A stretch of DNA of 63,789 bases, filler included, from Octopus bimaculoides (lineage: Eukaryota): assembly GCF_001194135.2 (NCBI RefSeq). It is 7 parts of 5 records of this genome, joined end to end, with 100 filler letters (N's around TTAATTAATTAA, not from the genome) between each part and the next. Parts side by side here need not be neighbours in the genome. Positions count along the whole stretch, not along the records: positions 1 to 14,352 come from NC_068984.1; 6 more parts are not named here. One strand, written 5' to 3'. This document shows positions 1 through 13,589 of the stretch, in pieces. The translations under genes were made by a program, and so were the position numbers. The notes under the pieces are model-generated. The model saw nothing but the letters and a program-made list of their open reading frames with translations, had not been told where the DNA came from and ran no database searches. The number at the start of each line of letters is the position of its first letter. Position 1 is the first letter of the stretch.

Positions 1-115
1 CTGTTAATACTTCATTTAGAGAATTAACATTATTTGTATATATATATGTGTATATACAAAAATACCCTATATGAATCTAATATACAATTTACACACAGAC
101 ACACACACGCACACG

Positions 116-150
<35 letters not shown>

Positions 151-549
151 TATAATTTGTATATACTTCGGGCCAGCGATTTCAACTCATTTGGAGGGCT
201 AATTCACTATCCAGATTTGATGAGCTAAAATTAGAACCAACTACCGATATCTATCGTTCTCCCTCAAAACGGGTCGGTTCGTTTCGCCTACCTTTGAACT
301 ATACTGTATGCATCCTCACACATATATCTTTATAAGGACTCTCGTCAAAGACTTAGTTAGTGCCGCAACCAAACAAAATTTTTAACAACAAATAAACATT
401 CAGCATATCACTTCGTTAATGTTTACATTATTAACTTAAATTTGGTGCAGTGAATATAATTTGTATTATTAAAGTAAAATGAATTGTTTATTATCTTCAT
501 GCGTTTGGTTTTAAAGAGCAGGTCTGTTTTCAGTTTTCAAATTAAAGAC

Positions 550-3500
550 AAAATACGTAATTTTTATTAAGAAGTGATTTCATCATATTCTATTGTACGA
601 GTTCAAAATTGAATGCAGAGTAACCTCGCAATTTAATCAGAAGATTTTCAAAGCATACACAGTTCAATATCGCTTCCAAATGATTCGTATTGGTGATAAT
701 CTCCTTTAGTATATTTAGACAAAATTCAGCGATGTGACTTTATTAAAGTTAAGCCACACATAACAAATCGAGGTTGCTCAGGAAAGTCATATTTGCCGTT
801 GACACTTTAATTTTGTGGAAAGAGAACTATCCACATCTGAACCACATTAATGCATATACCAAATCATGTATTCTATATTACAACCAACAGCATTTCACGT
901 AATTCTGTCGCCCAGGTGACGTACTTAAAGGATTTTCCAATAGAAATTTTAACCAGTACAATGTTACTGTCTGCTTGCCTGATGAATTGCTACTACCATT
1001 TCTTTTATCCTGATAGAATAACAAGGTTGTTAACGAATAGTATTGCCAAGAAATCGGCAAACAGCACCGAGAATAGCAATGCTGAACTCTTATGTAGAGT
1101 AATAGAGAGGGGCTAGTTCTTTTCCATAACAATGCCTGATTAAATGACTGGCAATGTCTCCGCAGAAATTAACGAATTTGTCTAAAGAAACTCCGTCATC
1201 CACCTTAATCCATATTACATTATCACATATCTCGATATGTTTCTGGAAACGAGACTTCATTTCAGGAGCTGCTTAGAGACAGATGTCTGCTGGGAACTCT
1301 AGAATTTTATGATATCATATATATAGACTTGTTTCTTGTATGTTGGCGTTCATATGCAGGTTCTGTTTGCTAGTATTTGGATGGATAAAAAATATTATAT
1401 GCTGAGATATACAACTTGCTTTATATTTGGTAGATATAAACAGTAATTGTTTTTGCTCCAACATCATATGAAGCAATATTCGACATTTAATGCAATGTTC
1501 CGTAAGATAATAATCCTAGTTCTAAATTTAACAAATGTTCAAGACGTATAACAAATAATTTAGCGTTTAAAAAACTCTAAATCTCAGTTAGTGATTAAAT
1601 GTTCCACAATTTTTTCTCTTGCTTTTCTGGAAGACATGACACATGTGTTATTGTAATCTGATTTTTATATAAAACTGGTTTGATATCTGTTGTGCTGTTG
1701 ATGCAAGAATATGCACAATCATGAATTTAAATAATTTGTCCATTTAAAAGGTTATCTTTGAAATAAAATATATTGAGTTTAATTTCGAGGAGGCTTTGTA
1801 AGAATCAGAAACCTAATAATTTCAAATCTGATTTCATTTTCAGGGAAATTAATGTTATATTAAATGTGTCAGGTAAATTATTGCAATTTAGGTTGTCTTT
1901 TTCAACGAAAGTGTCATATTATGCAAATACAATATATACATTCCACAATATTTATATTTACTTAGATGACTTGTCCATAAACACAATCCTGTTCAAAGCT
2001 GCGTATCCATCAGTTTGATGTAACTTTCTGGCAGTGAAGTTGAATAAGTTTTATTTGCAAATATTCCCAGATTGCCGTATTCCCTACTCTGTCGATAGCA
2101 ACATATAATTTGTCCAGGTGTGAACATTCTGCTTGAGTGAGACAATCAGCACTTCTTTGAACTTTGTCTTTGACTCCTATTTTCCGACATAGCATTATAA
2201 ATATGCCTTATAAAATGCAACCATACTAGAGGGAATGGTCAGACTGTAGCAGATCGTTAAAGAGATATCTGAACAGTCATTAGCACTCAAATAGCGTGAA
2301 CGCCACTAAGGTTCCCGGCGATCAATGGTCAGTAGTGTTGAGAAATCGAATACCTTTGTAGTGGTAATTCTTGTGGAATATTTTCGGAGCAGGATTGCTA
2401 GATATCCTATTTTCATTTCCATCATACGCAGAAGTAAATCACTTATATATAGTAAATTCAAAACTTCTGGGTGTTAAAAGACAACTTGATTTCTTCTGCC
2501 ACCGAATGTAAGCTTCTCAGTGTAATCATGTTCATTCATAATTTCAAAATTTAATTGATCAACCCTATCGTTTTACTAGCTCTGAAGGCGTGCTCTGTGC
2601 ATTTTAAGAATATGTTGCTAGAGAGGCTACACAAACTGAGCCAAATCTTCCATGGAACTTATTATTAGATAGCGTGTGATCACCTTGACGTCTGGGAAAA
2701 ATGCACCGGTATTAACAGAATTGAGAATTAATGAACCAGTTATAAATCATATTCATCTGTATGGGAATGAACAGAAAACGCGGTTCTTATTAGAATATAT
2801 AGTTTATAGCTTTAACAGATGCACACTAATTCATATTGGTCTCACTGATGTAGATTGCATATGTTTGAAGTAAAAAAGTATCATAAGGAACTATGTGTCA
2901 ATTATCCATCTCTACCTGTTTACAACTCCTCACATGTTAGCAGTATGGTCTCCTTCAATAAGACCTCGCCGTCGATGAACTGCATCAGTCGTCACCACTT
3001 AATGTTTGCTACAACATTCTGGTGACGTTTTCTCCTATCATGCGCTTGTATACCGAGACATGAAGATCAATTCTAAAAGTTCAGAAGTGAGAAACTTATT
3101 GATTTCTTGCCATTTGTTGTGGTTGCTTTCACTTGTAAGCATGGCAATAAGGTAAATCTCCTTCCTAGCAATCGCTTGTGCTCATATGGTGCATTAATTT
3201 TTCAAGATGCCAGATTTGAAATGTGAAAAATGTTTGCTATCGCTTCAGTTGGAAATATCATGTAGTGATATAAGGATTGTCTATTACGATGCGTTCTGTA
3301 TTCTCCTCAAACTTTAGGTTTAAGGACAGTGTCGCAAACAAACCAAGTCGCTAAATATATTTGCGATAGCCATCACATTTTTGCCATATATTTCGGCATG
3401 TAATTGATTTTTGAAGAACTATCATTCTCCAGACCGATCAACAACTCATTGCAAAGATTACATCTGACAGACTATTATACAGGTCTAATCCTAAATACTG

Positions 3501-4400
3501 CTGATCGTTTCCAATACACTACAGACGAGGAGACTGGACAAGACGTTGGCTTACACAAACCTATTGAAATAGGCGGTGTCCGTTATGCTGTATATTATCC
3601 AATTCCTTCTTCTTCGTTATAGGAAAGTTCATCTTTCCTATTCATCTTTGACTTTGAATATTTAGATGCGAACCAGCTAAGCCACCACATAAAACCTGTA
3701 TGCATAATGGGGTCATAGGCTTGATGAGAATCGCTAAATACTTTCTGACACACACATTTTCTCATCATTAATATCAATGCAACAATCTCATTGCATCGAG
3801 ACATGTTATATATACTGGGGTGTTCATCATCTGGCATTTGTCTTCATGCAAAATGATGAAATCATATACCGGTATTGAAATAGCAACACATTATTCTTCG
3901 ACAGGAATGATTGAAAATAAGTATTCTTAGCTGAAACTATAGCAGAATGAAATATTCTGATATTAGCAGCATCGGGATCTTCTCTTCGATTATCTACAGT
4001 AATTTTCTGCGTGTCCTACTAAAGTTTTTTCTTCGGTAGTGTACAGGTAATATACACATAATACGAGTTTCTTTATTTGGCGTAGCAGGTACGGCAAAAA
4101 TTATTTTCCTATTATTTTATTACAACACTCATATAAATAGAATCATATTTAATGCAAAACATACTTTAGATAGCACATTCTATAGTCAAAATTCTGTTTC
4201 ATCGTTACGATTTCTTCTTCTGGCTAACAGAGATTGTCTATTACTTTTAGCACCTAGAATAACTACATAAACGCTCTCGTAATTGTGAATATGTGGTGAT
4301 TTAGTTAAGTTTGTGACTTTAAAAAAAATCTAACGTGACATTTCAGTGAAGTTTTAGTCAATAATTTTCATTCATGTTGTATAAATACTAAATGATAAAT
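550..4400 (-). mobile_element. Decayed autonomous Helitron Rep/PIF1-helicase coding region (many stops and frameshifts); boundaries approximate
   Basis: Minus-strand frames give Helitron Rep motifs in the expected order: DEHPSIYN..NEIVALI..HQAYDPIMH (~3830-3700; cf. H.SYDPLQYP), GHRLFQ*VCV..RL..GNDQQYL..DLYNSLSDVI (~3581-3450; cf. GRLFQQY.VD), GDLPYCH (~3161-3141; HUH motif, cf. RGLPHxH), EMDN*HIVPYDTFLLQTY..CASVKAINYIF (~2910-2793; cf. DNRWIVPYNP.LL..CASVKAIKY.FKY), RYLIISSME. Weaker PIF1-like remnants at ~1150-700. Confidence 0.8.
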
Positions 4401-7400
4401 ATTTATCTCACAAAGAGTAGAATCGTCTGATTTATTGTCTAATTTTTTTTCTCTTTTCTTTTTTTTTTTGTATTTGTTTTTNNNNNNNNNNTTCTCTTTT
4501 CTTTTTTTTTTTTGTATTTGTTTTTGTAACATAGTAAATAGTTTAGCCATCACAAAAATAAGAAATGTAAAGTGGTTGAATGAACTGAGCTGCATACGTT
4601 TATATCGAAACACTTTTGCATCAAAAATGATTCTGCTGGCTGAAAGCCTTTATAAATCTGTCGCCTTTTATTACCTTTCTGTTTCTTATTCCAGTCTCCT
4701 CTGATGAAAAATGAACTTGACCAAAAATGAAGGACAAGTTATAGATATTTTTCGTGTCATATGGAAACTCAATGAATATATCACTTTGCTTTTGTTTTGC
4801 TTCATTTTCACAGGTGGTAAATTTTTAGACTCGTTAGAGCGTCAGATAAAGTACTATGCTCTATTCATCCCAAAGAGATGCAAATACACCACGCCAGATT
4901 GATCGAACTGGAAATATGAAGGGCCACACAATTTTCTGTATATTTTAAAAATTTGCCTACTGAGTTCAGGTCCCGCCATGCCCTACTTGGGTCGAAGCGT
5001 CAATTTGTTTTATGCTATAACACTAACAGCATTGATAATGGTGATTTGGGGCCACCGTCCTCAATTATGATTGAAAATAAAATAACTGAAACATTTGTCT
5101 GTTGGTGTGATGGCAGACAGGCGGGTGGTCAGACGAATATTGTTTTATTTTCATACGGATTATTAGGTGTCTTGCATTTTGCGTGCGGCATTAGCTTTAA
5201 ATTGTACTATCACAAAAAAATGCTCACTTTAATTTAAGGATGCATGTGAATGTTGGCGAATAATTTGGTGTAGTTGTTTATGTGCATGAATGAAAATTAT
5301 GATGTCTGTTTGTATTTTGGCGTTCTCATAGTAACTAAAGAAATTTATCATTTTCTGTTGATGTTAAATACACATACTGAGATGCAATTGTATAGTTTTA
5401 TGATAGATACTGAAAAAAGTATTTCTAGCAATGCAATTATTTCAATTTTAATTTCCGAAAGAAAATGTGAATTTATCAACTGATTAGAAAGATAATTTTA
5501 GAATTATATTCTCTTTGCCAACGTTATTAACTTCATACTCGCAAACTATCATAGTATTTCGTAAACGGTGGAAATCAGTTCCTAAGCACAAAATACTAAA
5601 ATAAATATTAAAGGGCACATAAACACTCATATTGTAGAAAATATATTTAGAGATTATGATATTTGAACGAAAAAGCGTATGATAAAATACATGTTGTATA
5701 ACAGCAAGAACAGTAATAACAACAACAGCGAAGAAAACTTGTATACACCTTCCTTGTCACATGAAAGTGTGGCGAATACTGGCTGAGATCTATTGCTTGA
5801 AACGGCATTCTAACGAGAAATTCATATATATCAAGTTTTTTTTTTTCTGAAAAGTTTTTATCGACGTGGCATCTTTTACACAGCACGTGTTCACCGGCCA
5901 AATTCTATCACACAAGCAGTAAAGGAATTGTAACATATGATGTCTCTGTCAATGACACAGGGGTTGTTGTCGTTGTAACATAGAACTAATGTTTGGAGAC
6001 ACCTCTCATTGTCACAATTTCTGTTATTTCCTTTACTGTGGGTGGACGTATGAACCAAATATGTGTTATCGTCAAATCGCAGGAAAGGGAGAAAACACAG
6101 GGCCAAATATTTCGACACACACAAACCCGAGAGTATAAGACACTACTGCTCGTAAATTTCCCTACTATGATAAAGGCTGCAGGATATGTAGATATCAATG
6201 ACAACTTGGAAAAGTGGTCGCGGATCACTTTCGTGGCAGAATATGAATACAAGTTTACATAAACTTACAAGAACAATACACATGATGTGATGTCAGATAG
6301 AATTAAAAAGAAGAACTGACACAAAGGATTTCGGATTGAGTTTCCATCTTACTAAGCTCAGTTGCAACATATGTGGTAGTAAAATCGTTGTTATGGCTTT
6401 CTACTCTGGTGGTTTGCAAAGGGAAAAAGTTTAACAAAGAACAACAAAGTAAGTCTGATACTCCTAGGACAGCATTACAATCTCAAAAGCAGTATCAATT
6501 TTTTTGGAAAAATCCACCTCATCCTCATTCAAAGGAGTTAGCCAGGAAAGCCCTAAACTTCAGCTTAAGTGATACAATTGTTGATGACGTCTCAAAATGA
6601 AAACCAAACGCTTAACGCTTGAAAACAAATGGGCCACAAAATATTCGGTTTGCGGTGAATATCGCGTGATGAGGCGACATAATCATGTGAAGAAAAATCA
6701 ATGTCCCATGAACAGAATCCCATCTCGGACCGTGCCAAGTGAAGTTGTTTTCATTGATCTTCACAATACCTAAGAATACCTAAACGCAATATCCGAGTAA
6801 TTCGTCTAAACACCAAATTCTTTTGGGATAACGTTCATCGCGTTAGCTGGGTGGGAAAGAGATTTGTTTAAACATTGTATTTAATTAAATTTGCTTACAT
6901 TTTCCCATGATAGGCATCTGCGTTTTTAAATCATTCCAAAATGAATTGCACCTATCTATTGTTCTGATGTGGTAGATATAGGTGATGCTAACAACAATTA
7001 TGGTAGTAGGCAATACTCATCAAATTCGTGAAAACACGAAGAGAAACTTTAAAATAACCCAGAAAATATGACAATAGAAGAAACAGTTTCGAGCCCGAAT
7101 ATAAGATTAGCACAAGCTTCACCTAATTAAGAGAACATAGTAGTTGCGATGAATGAACTGAAGTATGATGCACGGATAGTGTCCAGAAAATGAGAAAGGA
7201 TTTGGAGAAAAACAACGCTAGTAAGCCAACAGCTAAATTTTAGCTACCAAAAGAACTTGCTGTTTGGCCCGCAAGGGAAGATACAAGCAAATTCGAATTA
7301 TTCAATATGCAAAGAGTCATCAAAGGTGATAACTATTAAATTCGTGGGGTATTCTGGCGCAGCTCCAGTGGTGGTTTCTTAAACGTGTAATGACAGCAGT

Positions 7401-7821
7401 ATGTGTTTGCCTTGTGCTCTTGGGCAAAATACTTCATTTTACTCTGTGATTCCATCGACACTTGATTTTTACTATACTGTGCACCGGTCCAGTAAACGTT
7501 TATTTGACGGAGAGAGTGAGGTAATATCCAACATATATATTTGATCACTAGAAACAAATCATTTGTGGCTGTTGTTCAGCAAGATATAGCAGAACGGACT
7601 TTGTCGGACTACGAGAGGCTCCTAACATTTAAATCATAACATGTAATGCCCTTTTCATATTCGATGCAAAGAATATAATCACTGCGGATATTAAGTGAAC
7701 AAATCCAGCCAGGCTCAATTTTACGTTTCACCAGCGGGACGACGATATCAAAACGTACCAGTGAAAAACTTGTGTTAATGGTATCTAAATCGGAAACTAT
7801 TATTACAATATATATATTATT

Positions 7822-8030
7822 AGTAAGGTGGAGAGCTGGCAGACTGTGCAAAATTCTTAGCGTTCATTTTTACGTTCGTTTTTACTTTCTGGCTCAAATG
7901 CCACAGAGTCGATTTTAACGTTCATCATTTTGAGGCCGATAAAATAAATAGCAGTGGAGCACTGGAGTAAATGAAATCGACTTAACCCCCTCCCACAAAA
8001 TTGTTGGCCATGTGCCAAAATTCGAAACTA
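7822..8030 (+). mobile_element. Degraded copy of abundant SINE family A (GGCGGCGAGCTGGCAGAA...GTCGAC... type)
   Basis: Collinear but diverged similarity to intact copies at 53615-53840 and 51231-51440. Confidence 0.65.
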
Positions 8031-8813
8031 ATATATAGTTGCAGCTAGAATGGCAGTTGTGTCAATGTTAATAGTAGAAAGAAGAAGAATATTTTGATAA
8101 AAAATATCGAGCTATATTTTTTAAGTATTTTTACGTCTTTATCCTTGCAAACGTTACGGAAAACATATATAAAAAATAGAATCTAGACTGCAAAAAGAGA
8201 TATGAAATTACAGAGTTATGGTGGGAATATATCCTGCATGTGGACATCTGCATATGTCAGAGTAATTTTTTCAGAAAGTTATTGGCAAAGTAAATAATCG
8301 GGAAGACAAACATTAAAGAACAGAAAATATATTGGAATAAGATAAAAGAAGACGTATGAAGCTTAAATATGTGACCAGAAATATATATAGATATATATAG
8401 CTAAATACAATGATATTTAATAAAACTGACTTTTTAGGTGTGCATATGTTTGTGCTTGTGCGCGCGCGCGTATTTGTGTGTATGAGAGTGCGTACCTGAT
8501 TGTGTGAATGAGTTTAAACGCATGCACAGACACAGACACAGACACACAAACATATATATATATACACACACATATATATATATACACACACAACATGAAT
8601 GTTATCTGCATGAAACTATTAATAGCCTATGGTCTGTTGTAATTCGTATTGTTTTATATCTAAGTTCATTACATTATATTTTGATGTAGTAGTGTGCTAT
8701 ACATATACACGTATATATTTGGTATGAACTATGATATTGTGTTTAACAATCTTAGTATTCACGTCCTAAGTTTAATATCCTTCTAAGTTTGGATTTTGAC
8801 ATTCCCTAATATC

Positions 8814-8848
<35 letters not shown>

Positions 8849-9254
8849 NNNNNNNNNNNNNNNNNNNNNNNNNNNNNNNNNNNNNNNNNNNNNNNNNNNN
8901 NNNNNNNNNNNNNNNNNNNNNNNNNNNNNNNNNNNNNNNNNNNNNNNNNNNNNNNNNNNNNNNNNNNNNNATATATAACGCAAGATGTGTGTGTGTGTGT
9001 GTGTACGTGAATGTAGTTTATGCACGTCCACAAATTAGCACACATATCGCTCCAATTTTAGGAGGAGATTCGTCATGACCCTATCTGCATTTCCGTCAAC
9101 TTTTTCTCTCAGAGGCACCCGCGTATAACTGTGAAAATAGATTTTTAACAATACCTTTTACCAATTTTGAAGTGTGTGGACATGGCGAAGTCAAACTGTT
9201 GCGTACGCGCGTGAAGTAGAGAGAGAAATAGTGTGTTTGTGACAGGGGGAGCTA

Positions 9255-9445
9255 CAGAGTGTTTGCTAGCGTCTAACAAAAAATAAATAATGAAGAAGTG
9301 GGAGAGGGAGATAAAAAGCGTCTAAGGAAAGAAAAATTTTGTAAGCAAGACAGAGTTTGTTTGCCAGCGTCTAACAAAAAAGTAACGAAAATTGGCAGAG
9401 GGAGACAGAAAGCGTCTAACGACAGAAAAAGTGAGAGATGACAGT
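9255..9445 (+). repeat. Two diverged ~96-bp tandem units, each containing two GCGTCTAA sub-repeats
   Basis: CAGAGT(G/T)TTTGC..GCGTCTAACAAAAAA..AGAGGGAGA..AAAGCGTCTAA at 9255 and 9351. Confidence 0.8.
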
Positions 9446-9777
9446 TTTTGGAGGACACTATATGTTATAATGGGATTATATATAGTTTCTCACACAACAA
9501 TGAAAATATATATATTTTAAATCATATATTTTTTTTAAATCGTTCATATTTCTCCCCCTTTCACTCTCACACACACGCACATATACTACTTTGGGAGCGA
9601 AAGAGTTTTGTTCATATTTCACAACAACTATGAAACAAAGAGGTATGTAACAATTTGTCAGTGAATTACACAATATAAATGGGCAAAATTTCCGAGGCTT
9701 CCGCCTCCCGCAACCCGTTTTTCGGACCACAAAAAGGGGTTTGGTCATTTTTCAGATTAACACCCGCACGATTTCAA

Positions 9778-9978
9778 CTAGGGTGTTACGGTTAGGGTTT
9801 TAGTGTTAGGGTTTTAATGTTAGGGCTAGGGTTTTAGTGTAAGGTTTAGGGTTTTACGGCTAGGGTTAAGGTTAGTGTTAAGGTTAGTGTTAGGGTGAGG
9901 ATTAGGATTAGGGTTGGTGTTAGGGTTAAGGTTTTAGGGTCAGGGTTAGGGTTAAGGTTTAGGGTTAGGGTTAGAGTT
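9778..9978 (+). repeat. Interstitial degenerate (TTAGGG)n telomere-like tract
   Basis: About 200 bp of TTAGGG/TTAGTG/TTAAGG/TTTAGGG variants. Confidence 0.9.
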
Positions 9979-10389
9979 AACCTAGAAGGGACAGGCCCCT
10001 TATTTTTTTGTTAAGGCTGTTGGTAAGTTTTCCTAAGTTACTCCAATTCAGATCCCCAATGCAAACCTTCAGCTCAACCTTCTCCTATGCAGATCTCTAA
10101 TGCAACTTTAAAAAGAAACAGTCAATGAGTGGAAATAACCAATAAACTGATTTCTTATGGGATTTCCCAATCAAATTGCCAGCAAACCATTTTCAGCCAA
10201 ACCAATTTCAATGGATTTCGCTCAAATCTGATGTCGATGTTACTCTATTGATCACTTAAAAATCCTAGCTTAATCCCGGGCAGCGCCGCGCTATACTGCT
10301 AGTGTATATACATGTATATATATTNNNNNNNNNNNNNNNNNNNNNNNNNNNNNNNNNNNNNNNNNNNNNNNNNNNNNNNNNNNNNNNNN

Positions 10390-10421
<32 letters not shown>

Positions 10422-13265
10422 CCCTTTCGTAAAATAAATGCATGCAAGATGTGGAAGATCCAGACTTCCAAAGTTGTTTGTGTTAAACCGTCGTATTATG
10501 TAAGTTTACATGAGATGTGTGAATTCACAGACGTGTATAAGCCTCATATACATGCACCATTGTATGGGATTGATTTTAATTGCATGCATCCTGTTTAAAC
10601 AATGTAATATGTGCATATATATCTAATTTCACACGTGCATACTCTTCTTTACAGACGTCGTGTATATGTGAAACCTGTTTTTTTCTTTGTACGTATATGT
10701 CTAAAAGTACGCATGCATGCACGTAAGTGTTTATATTTAGTGTATTTTTCATATGCATGTTACATCTCTACATCCATGAAATTGCCTGGAGACACACATT
10801 CTGTGGATGTTTGTCTGTGAGTCTGTCCATGATTCTTCTGCACCGAACAAGTATATACATATGTACTCTTAGTCCAAACAATGTGTTGTACACATTATTC
10901 CTACCTACTTCATTCATTCATACACTCCGTTCTGCATAACACAAAATCCCAGCGTCGTCTCACAGTGATGCCAATAACATTAAAATGAAAACTTACTTGA
11001 TCTAAACAATTCTATTTATTCAAACTTTTCTCGTTTTGCCTCGTTATCACTTTTCCTCATCTCTACAAATAACAGGAAAACTAACCATTGTTAGATACAA
11101 GCCATATTGGTGTATAACTATTTACGACTAGATCTTACACCAGACCATATTTATACATACGCACACAAACGCCCTTTCTTCCTTTCTCTCTCCTCCTTTC
11201 CCCCTCTCTCTCACTCACTCTCACACACAGACACACACACACATACACTCTCTCTCCCCCTCTCTTTCACACACACACGAAAACAGAAACAGAAAAATAC
11301 ACATGCTCAAGCAACCCTTTCATTGCCATACAAAAGACGAAATCTAAAGCAATTGATCAACTCCAGAAGCCAGCGAACCCGGCAAATTTGAAAGCGAGGT
11401 TCAGAACTTGTGACATATGTGTGTGTTTGTGTGCGCGTGGTGCATGCATGCGTGCGTGTGTATGTTCCTGTGTGTGTATGTTCCTGTATGTTTGTATGTG
11501 TTCATGTGTAAGTGGACGTGTACCATCATCGTAATTTAAGATAACCTTTACTGTATTTACTCTATTGTGTAGTTATTAATCTCTTTAATGTATTTTTAAA
11601 TCTTTGACTTTAGTTTTGAAATGTATACACGTAATTGTTGCTGTATGTTTGCTTCCCAACCACATGATTCCCATCATATGTGCATGTGTGTGTCTATGTG
11701 TGCATGTGTGTGTCCACGTGTGCGTGTGTGTGTCTACGTGTGCATGTGTGTATCTACGTGTGCATGTGTGTGTGTGCATGTGCATGCATGTGCATGCGCA
11801 TGTGGTTGTGTGTCAATGTGGTTGTGTTTGTTTCTCACCACAGCTTGATACACGATGTTGAATGTGTACCGTCAGAATATGTACAAGGCTTAAAAGTAGA
11901 ATAAAAATTATGGGGTGCATTCGTTCGTGTAGAAGTTCTTCATGGCAGTGTCACAGCGTGGCCATAGTTTAATAATTGAAACAAGTAAAATATAAAGGAT
12001 AAGCGATGCATTCTCTTCCCACCTTCCTCTCTCTATCTCTCTCTCTCTCTCACTTTTTCTCACTCTCTGTCTCTCTTCCTCATCTGTTTACCCCTCCCTT
12101 CTCTCTTTTCTCTTCCTAATCTCCTCCACTTTCTTTCAGCTTAATTTTGTCTTCTTTCCCTCCATTTCTCTCTCTGTTCATGTCTGTGTACATTTCTCTG
12201 CGTTCACGTTGCATAAATTAACACAAATACGCTCATTTGAAAATACACTACACCCTGCCCATAAAACGAGGAAATTAATTTCAAATTTTGATTCTTAAGA
12301 TTACGAAAATAGAATTGTAAAATTTTAACTGATGGAATTTATAACCTTCATCTGGTAGTATACCCAAAGCAACTAGTAGCTATTCAATGTAGCTGATGTT
12401 TGGTCTACATACAATTACAAGCTCCACTGAAGAATATAAAGAATTACATGCAAAGTTTTAGCCGAATTAATTAACAGCCACTGGCCTTAAATCTTTTCAC
12501 AATTTTTTATTTACGTTCTCATGACAGGCACACCAAAATTCAGATTAATGCCCGAGTTCTAAATATACTAACATAATATGAACAATTATCGATTAATTGT
12601 TCGCATTATAACTCAAATTAATTGTGTTCTTTATCATGCAGATAATTTCTAGAGTTACCACAAGAAAAACTGTAACAAAAGCAAAATTTATTTTCATACA
12701 TTTTTCTCGAATACTCCTTTAGAGTAAATTGAATTGCATGGTTTTGCCGGGGTTAGTGCAATGACAAGGATGACTTTAAGAACTTTCAAGTTTAAACGTC
12801 TATGGTAGTCAACAGCGGGAAGCTCCTCCTAGAGATACGCACTCAACTCACTTTGCCTCCTACACAAAAAATGCATTACACTATAAATACATACATCATG
12901 TACACACACACACACACGGACACACACACACACACTCACTCACATACACACACACGCACACACACACACAAACACATACACACACACACACACACGCACA
13001 CACACNNNNNNNNNNNNNNNNNNNNNNNNNNNNNNNNNNNNNNNNNNNNNNNNNNNNNNNNNNNNNNNNNNNNNNNNNNNNNNNNNNNNNNNNNNNNNNN
13101 NNNNNNNNNNNNNNNNNNNNNNNNNNNNNNNNNNNNNNNNNNNNNNNNNNNNNNNNNNNNNNNNNNNNNNNNNNNNNNNNNNNNNNNNNNNNNNNNNNNN
13201 NNNNNNNNNNNNNNNNNNNNNNNNNNNNNNNNNNNNNNNNNNNNNNNNNNNNNNNNNNNNNNNNN

Positions 13266-13312
<47 letters not shown>

Positions 13313-13540
13313 TGTATGTGTTTGTGTCTATCAAGGGTTTTTCATTTAATAACACTGTGTATAAACTCTGTATTTGGAATGACCAATATCAACGACTGTT
13401 GGATTTTACACAAAAGGTATTGGAAGCTTATATGCATAAAATTCTACCTAAACAATGGATTTACAAATAAAATATCCCTACATTCACTCTCTTTTTCCCA
13501 TCTTATATAAACTAACTATTGCTTAACCATCCTCTCACAC

Positions 13541-13589
13541 CGTCTCAGATGAAGGGATATAATAAATACCCTAGAAACAGCTGAAGGCG
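13541..13589 (+). ncRNA. Degenerate minimal type I hammerhead-ribozyme-like motif (Penelope-like element relic), probably inactive
   Basis: CGTCT-CAGATGA-AGGGATAT/AATAA/ATACCCT-A-GAAACAGCTG-A-AGGCG. Helix I CGUCU/AGGCG, helix II hairpin, palindromic helix III ACAG-CUG. Core U4 is A and U16.1 is missing. Confidence 0.5.

Larger units (their letters stand above)
8971..10303 (+). mobile_element. Non-autonomous Helitron-like element (HINE type) with internal tandem and telomere-like repeats
   Basis: 5' side TATATAACGCAAGATG(TG)n emerges from a (TA)n/N gap. 3' end CCCGGGCAGCGCCGCG-CTATACTG-CTAGT (GC-rich degenerate hairpin, CTAGT at 10299-10303) is the Helitron terminus pattern. That both ends belong to one element is inferred. 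Confidence 0.6.

Noticed and set aside
3404-3622. Plus-strand ORF and a nearby protease-like word (LSHHIKPVC)
   Set aside because: Antisense to the better-supported Helitron Rep frames.
5850-6300. GPCR-like words on minus (PAAFIIV..LYSRV, LCFLPF, NNPCV) and a piggyBac-like impression on plus
   Set aside because: They lie in different frames, with no DRY-type motif, no ordered seven TM segments and no DDD motifs. Possibly a decayed element, but unassignable without a search.
9778-9978. True chromosome end
   Set aside because: The tract is degenerate, internal and flanked by unique sequence on both sides.
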